64,000 nucleotides of DNA from Epiperipatus broadwayi (taxonomy: Eukaryota; Animalia; Onychophora), in assembly GCA_028023455.1 (NCBI GenBank), contig JAQFVV010000006.1:5456001-5520000 (forward strand), read 5' to 3'. Both the position numbers and the translations under genes were made by a program. The notes under the pieces are model-generated. The model saw nothing but the letters and a program-made list of their open reading frames with translations, was not told the DNA's origin and made no database searches. Positions 61,374 through 64,000 of this stretch are shown in pieces. How positions within the stretch are numbered: the first letter of the stretch is position 1; each line of letters starts with the position of its first letter.

Positions 61374-64000
61374 TATAATCGTGTTTTGTATAAATATATA
61401 CATTGAAATTCAAATATAAGCTTTTTGTACTCTAAAATATGTAAGGAAAATATATTGGAGAAGTATATTTTAGATTGCTAACTGATAAGGAATTAATTAA
61501 TGATTAAATTTGCGTAGATTGTAATAATGGAAAATATTTTTACATTTGTGATAAGAAAATTGCATTTGAAAAATGCCAAGAAGTATTTGCTAATTATTTT
61601 TTGATACGATAAAAATTGAAAATACTAATTAAAAACACCAATAAAAAATACAAGGCTGATTACAATCAAGAATGAATCCACGATCAATGGAGGCCAAACT
61701 ACGTGTACAAATAGTTTTGAGCAGAAAAGTGTGCTGTACTTATTCCAGTGAATTTAGCAACTAAATGGTTGCTGAGAGATTTTAAGTGACAATAACTGAA
61801 AGAAGCTTAAGTGACGGTGCAGTACTCTAGTGTGAAGCCAATGTGATCACGAACAGCAGATGAACAGAGCCAAAGTATTTAGGAGAAGCCAGAGGAAAAT
61901 GTCCAGAAAGCAGACAGTCGTTAAGTGCATCATGGGAAGTGAACCATAAGTGAACTACATATATTGTGTTTGTGTGTATCAATGCCTTTTTGCTATTAAT
62001 TACATTTCATCATTTATTGATTTATTTTTTATTATTTATTGTTCTTCTTGGTAGTTTGAGTACTTGCATTCAAATACACAGCAAGTTGGCACAGTCACCA
62101 TCTTAAACCTGTGTATAGGTGCGGTGCAGTCACCATCTTGAACCTGTGAATAGCAAATAAGTTTTAAAAAAGCCAATACAGAATAGTGAAAATGTTGCTA
62201 GGTTAGTTGGTAATAATGGAATTCGACATGACTAATGCAAGTCATTGGCTGTGGTATGCCGTGCAGTTGAAAAATTTCTTCTTATTAATGAAATCAAAGA
62301 TAATAAGAGAAAGATAGATGCTTTAATGTGCATGTCAGGATTAAAAGTCATTGACATTATATGCAAATATTTTGATTTACCCATAGCAAACAGAGCAGTA
62401 TATGAAGAAATAACAAGCTGAGAGAACAAATCCAAGACTATCCAGACACATTGCTAGGTTATCTTTAAGAAACAGGAAGCTCACATTAAAAGAACTGGCT
62501 ATGGTTATGGCGATCATGTAGATGAAATTCTGCTAGATTAACTAATTTGGGGCATGTCAGAGGACAGACTCTGGAAAAACCTGCTTGCCAATGAAGAATT
62601 AAATTTCAAAGAAGCCATTAAAAAGAGTCACCCATGAACTTATCGTGGAACAGGCAGTGCTTTTCAGTAATAAAAATTACAGTAAAACAACAATGTATAA
62701 GATAGAGCATGAATTAGGAATTAAAAATATTTTCTTTGCAAACAAAGATTTTAAAAAAAAATTTTGTGTTTTTGCTGCGGGAAACCAGGGCACATCAGAA
62801 AAACTGTACATTTATGGACAAACAATGGCATATCTGTAAGCAGAAAGACCACCTAGCAAGAAGATATCGAGAATCACCAGTAAGAGATATTAGTGTGTGA
62901 TAGGACCAATTCACAAGGACAACACCCCAAACATAAGATCAGAAAAAAGAAAAATGTTAACTCACATCAAATAGATATGACTAAATTACAATCAGAAAAT
63001 AAAAATTCGAAAGAAATGGTGAATAGTTGTCAAATCCAGTTACAATGCCAAAAACATCGTGTAAATAAATTGACCTGTAACATCGAAGATAACAATATGT
63101 GTGCATCATCACAAAACAAATGCAAGAGATGAAATCAATGGCAAATTTATTAGAAAAGGAATCAGAGGACTTAGAATTCAGAAATGGTGAATTATATAAT
63201 GAGCTGGAGCAGAAATTTCGAGAAAATCAATGTTTACTGCAGACGAAGAATCAGCTGCTTAAAAAAGCAGAAGAATGGACGGAAACAATAAAGGAATAGT
63301 TTTGGCAGCAGTATGAAATGGAGTTACAAGAAAATATGGCCAATAGTGAAAATGAAATGGACACTTTCAAAGATTTTTTTTAGAAGGGTAATCTTTAGAC
63401 AGTGAACTGCCAGACACACAAACTAAACCAAAGAACAAGCAAAAATGCAGAATTTTTCCAAGCAGGAAAAAAAAAGCACCAAGGTCCGTGAAAGAAAATA
63501 AAAATTTAAATAATTTTCAGGGTTACATTTATTAATCTGAACAAGGATTTTTTCTTGAGTGGAGGATGTGTCGTGTTTGTATAAATTTGTTCATTGAAAT
63601 TCAAATATAATATTTTTGTACCCCAGAAAAAGTAAGGGAAATATAACAGAGAAATATATTTTAGATTGCTAACTGATAAGGGTTCAATTAATGATTAAAT
63701 TTGCATAGAATGTAACAATAGAAAATATTTACGTTTTGCTATAAAAAAAATTGTGTTTGATAAATGCCAAGAAATATTTACTAATTACAAATATTTCTTG
63801 ATACAATAGAAATTGGAAATACTAATTAGTAACACCAATAGAAAATACAAAACTGATAACAATTAGGAATGAATTCTGGATTGCCAGAAGCCAAACTATG
63901 TGTATAAATAGGTTTGAGCAGAACAGCTGAGAGATTTAAATGACAGTAGGTGAAAAAAGCTTAAGTGATGGTTAGCACTCTAGTATGAAGCCAACATGAT
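61374..64000 (+). mobile_element. Old gypsy-like LTR element, gag-only remnant; 3' LTR runs off the window
   Basis: About 61374-61850 repeats from 63567 (roughly 80% identity by eye). PBS-like TGGCACAGTC at 62087; PPT GAGTGGAGGA before TG at 63567. The interior reads GYGDHVDEILLD*LIWGMSEDRLWKNLLANEELNFKEAI (gag). Confidence 0.75.

Noticed and set aside
52850-64000. Next exon of the transporter (expected RG...DL segment)
   Set aside because: No convincing spliceable match found; probably beyond the window, though I may have missed it.

Overview
AT-rich eukaryotic (animal, probably invertebrate) genomic DNA. The only host gene found is five phase-compatible coding exons of an SVOP/SVOPL-family MFS transporter (+ strand: 10343-10414, 17823-17947, 33820-33883, 44215-44340, 52721-52849), separated by 7-16 kb introns. 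The rest is mobile DNA: a young gag-only LTR element (1-6033, LTR copies differing at about 6 sites), an older gag-only LTR element (about 61374-64000), RTE-like LINE, mariner and hAT (Buster-like) remnants, a short tRNA-derived SINE, and several tandem arrays. The most striking feature is a dense set of type I hammerhead-ribozyme (HHR)-like motifs: about 25 dispersed copies in at least 6 sequence families, plus 16 degenerate copies in a 118-bp satellite. They occur either just downstream of Penelope-like (PLE) GIY-YIG remnants or in non-coding monomers of about 150-460 nt that form tandem, terminally redundant and head-to-head foldback insertions. This looks like a PLE/retrozyme ecosystem inside one gene. 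HHRs in PLEs and animal retrozymes are a known class; these particular families and core variants may be undescribed. All alignments and folds were done by eye and no activity has been shown.
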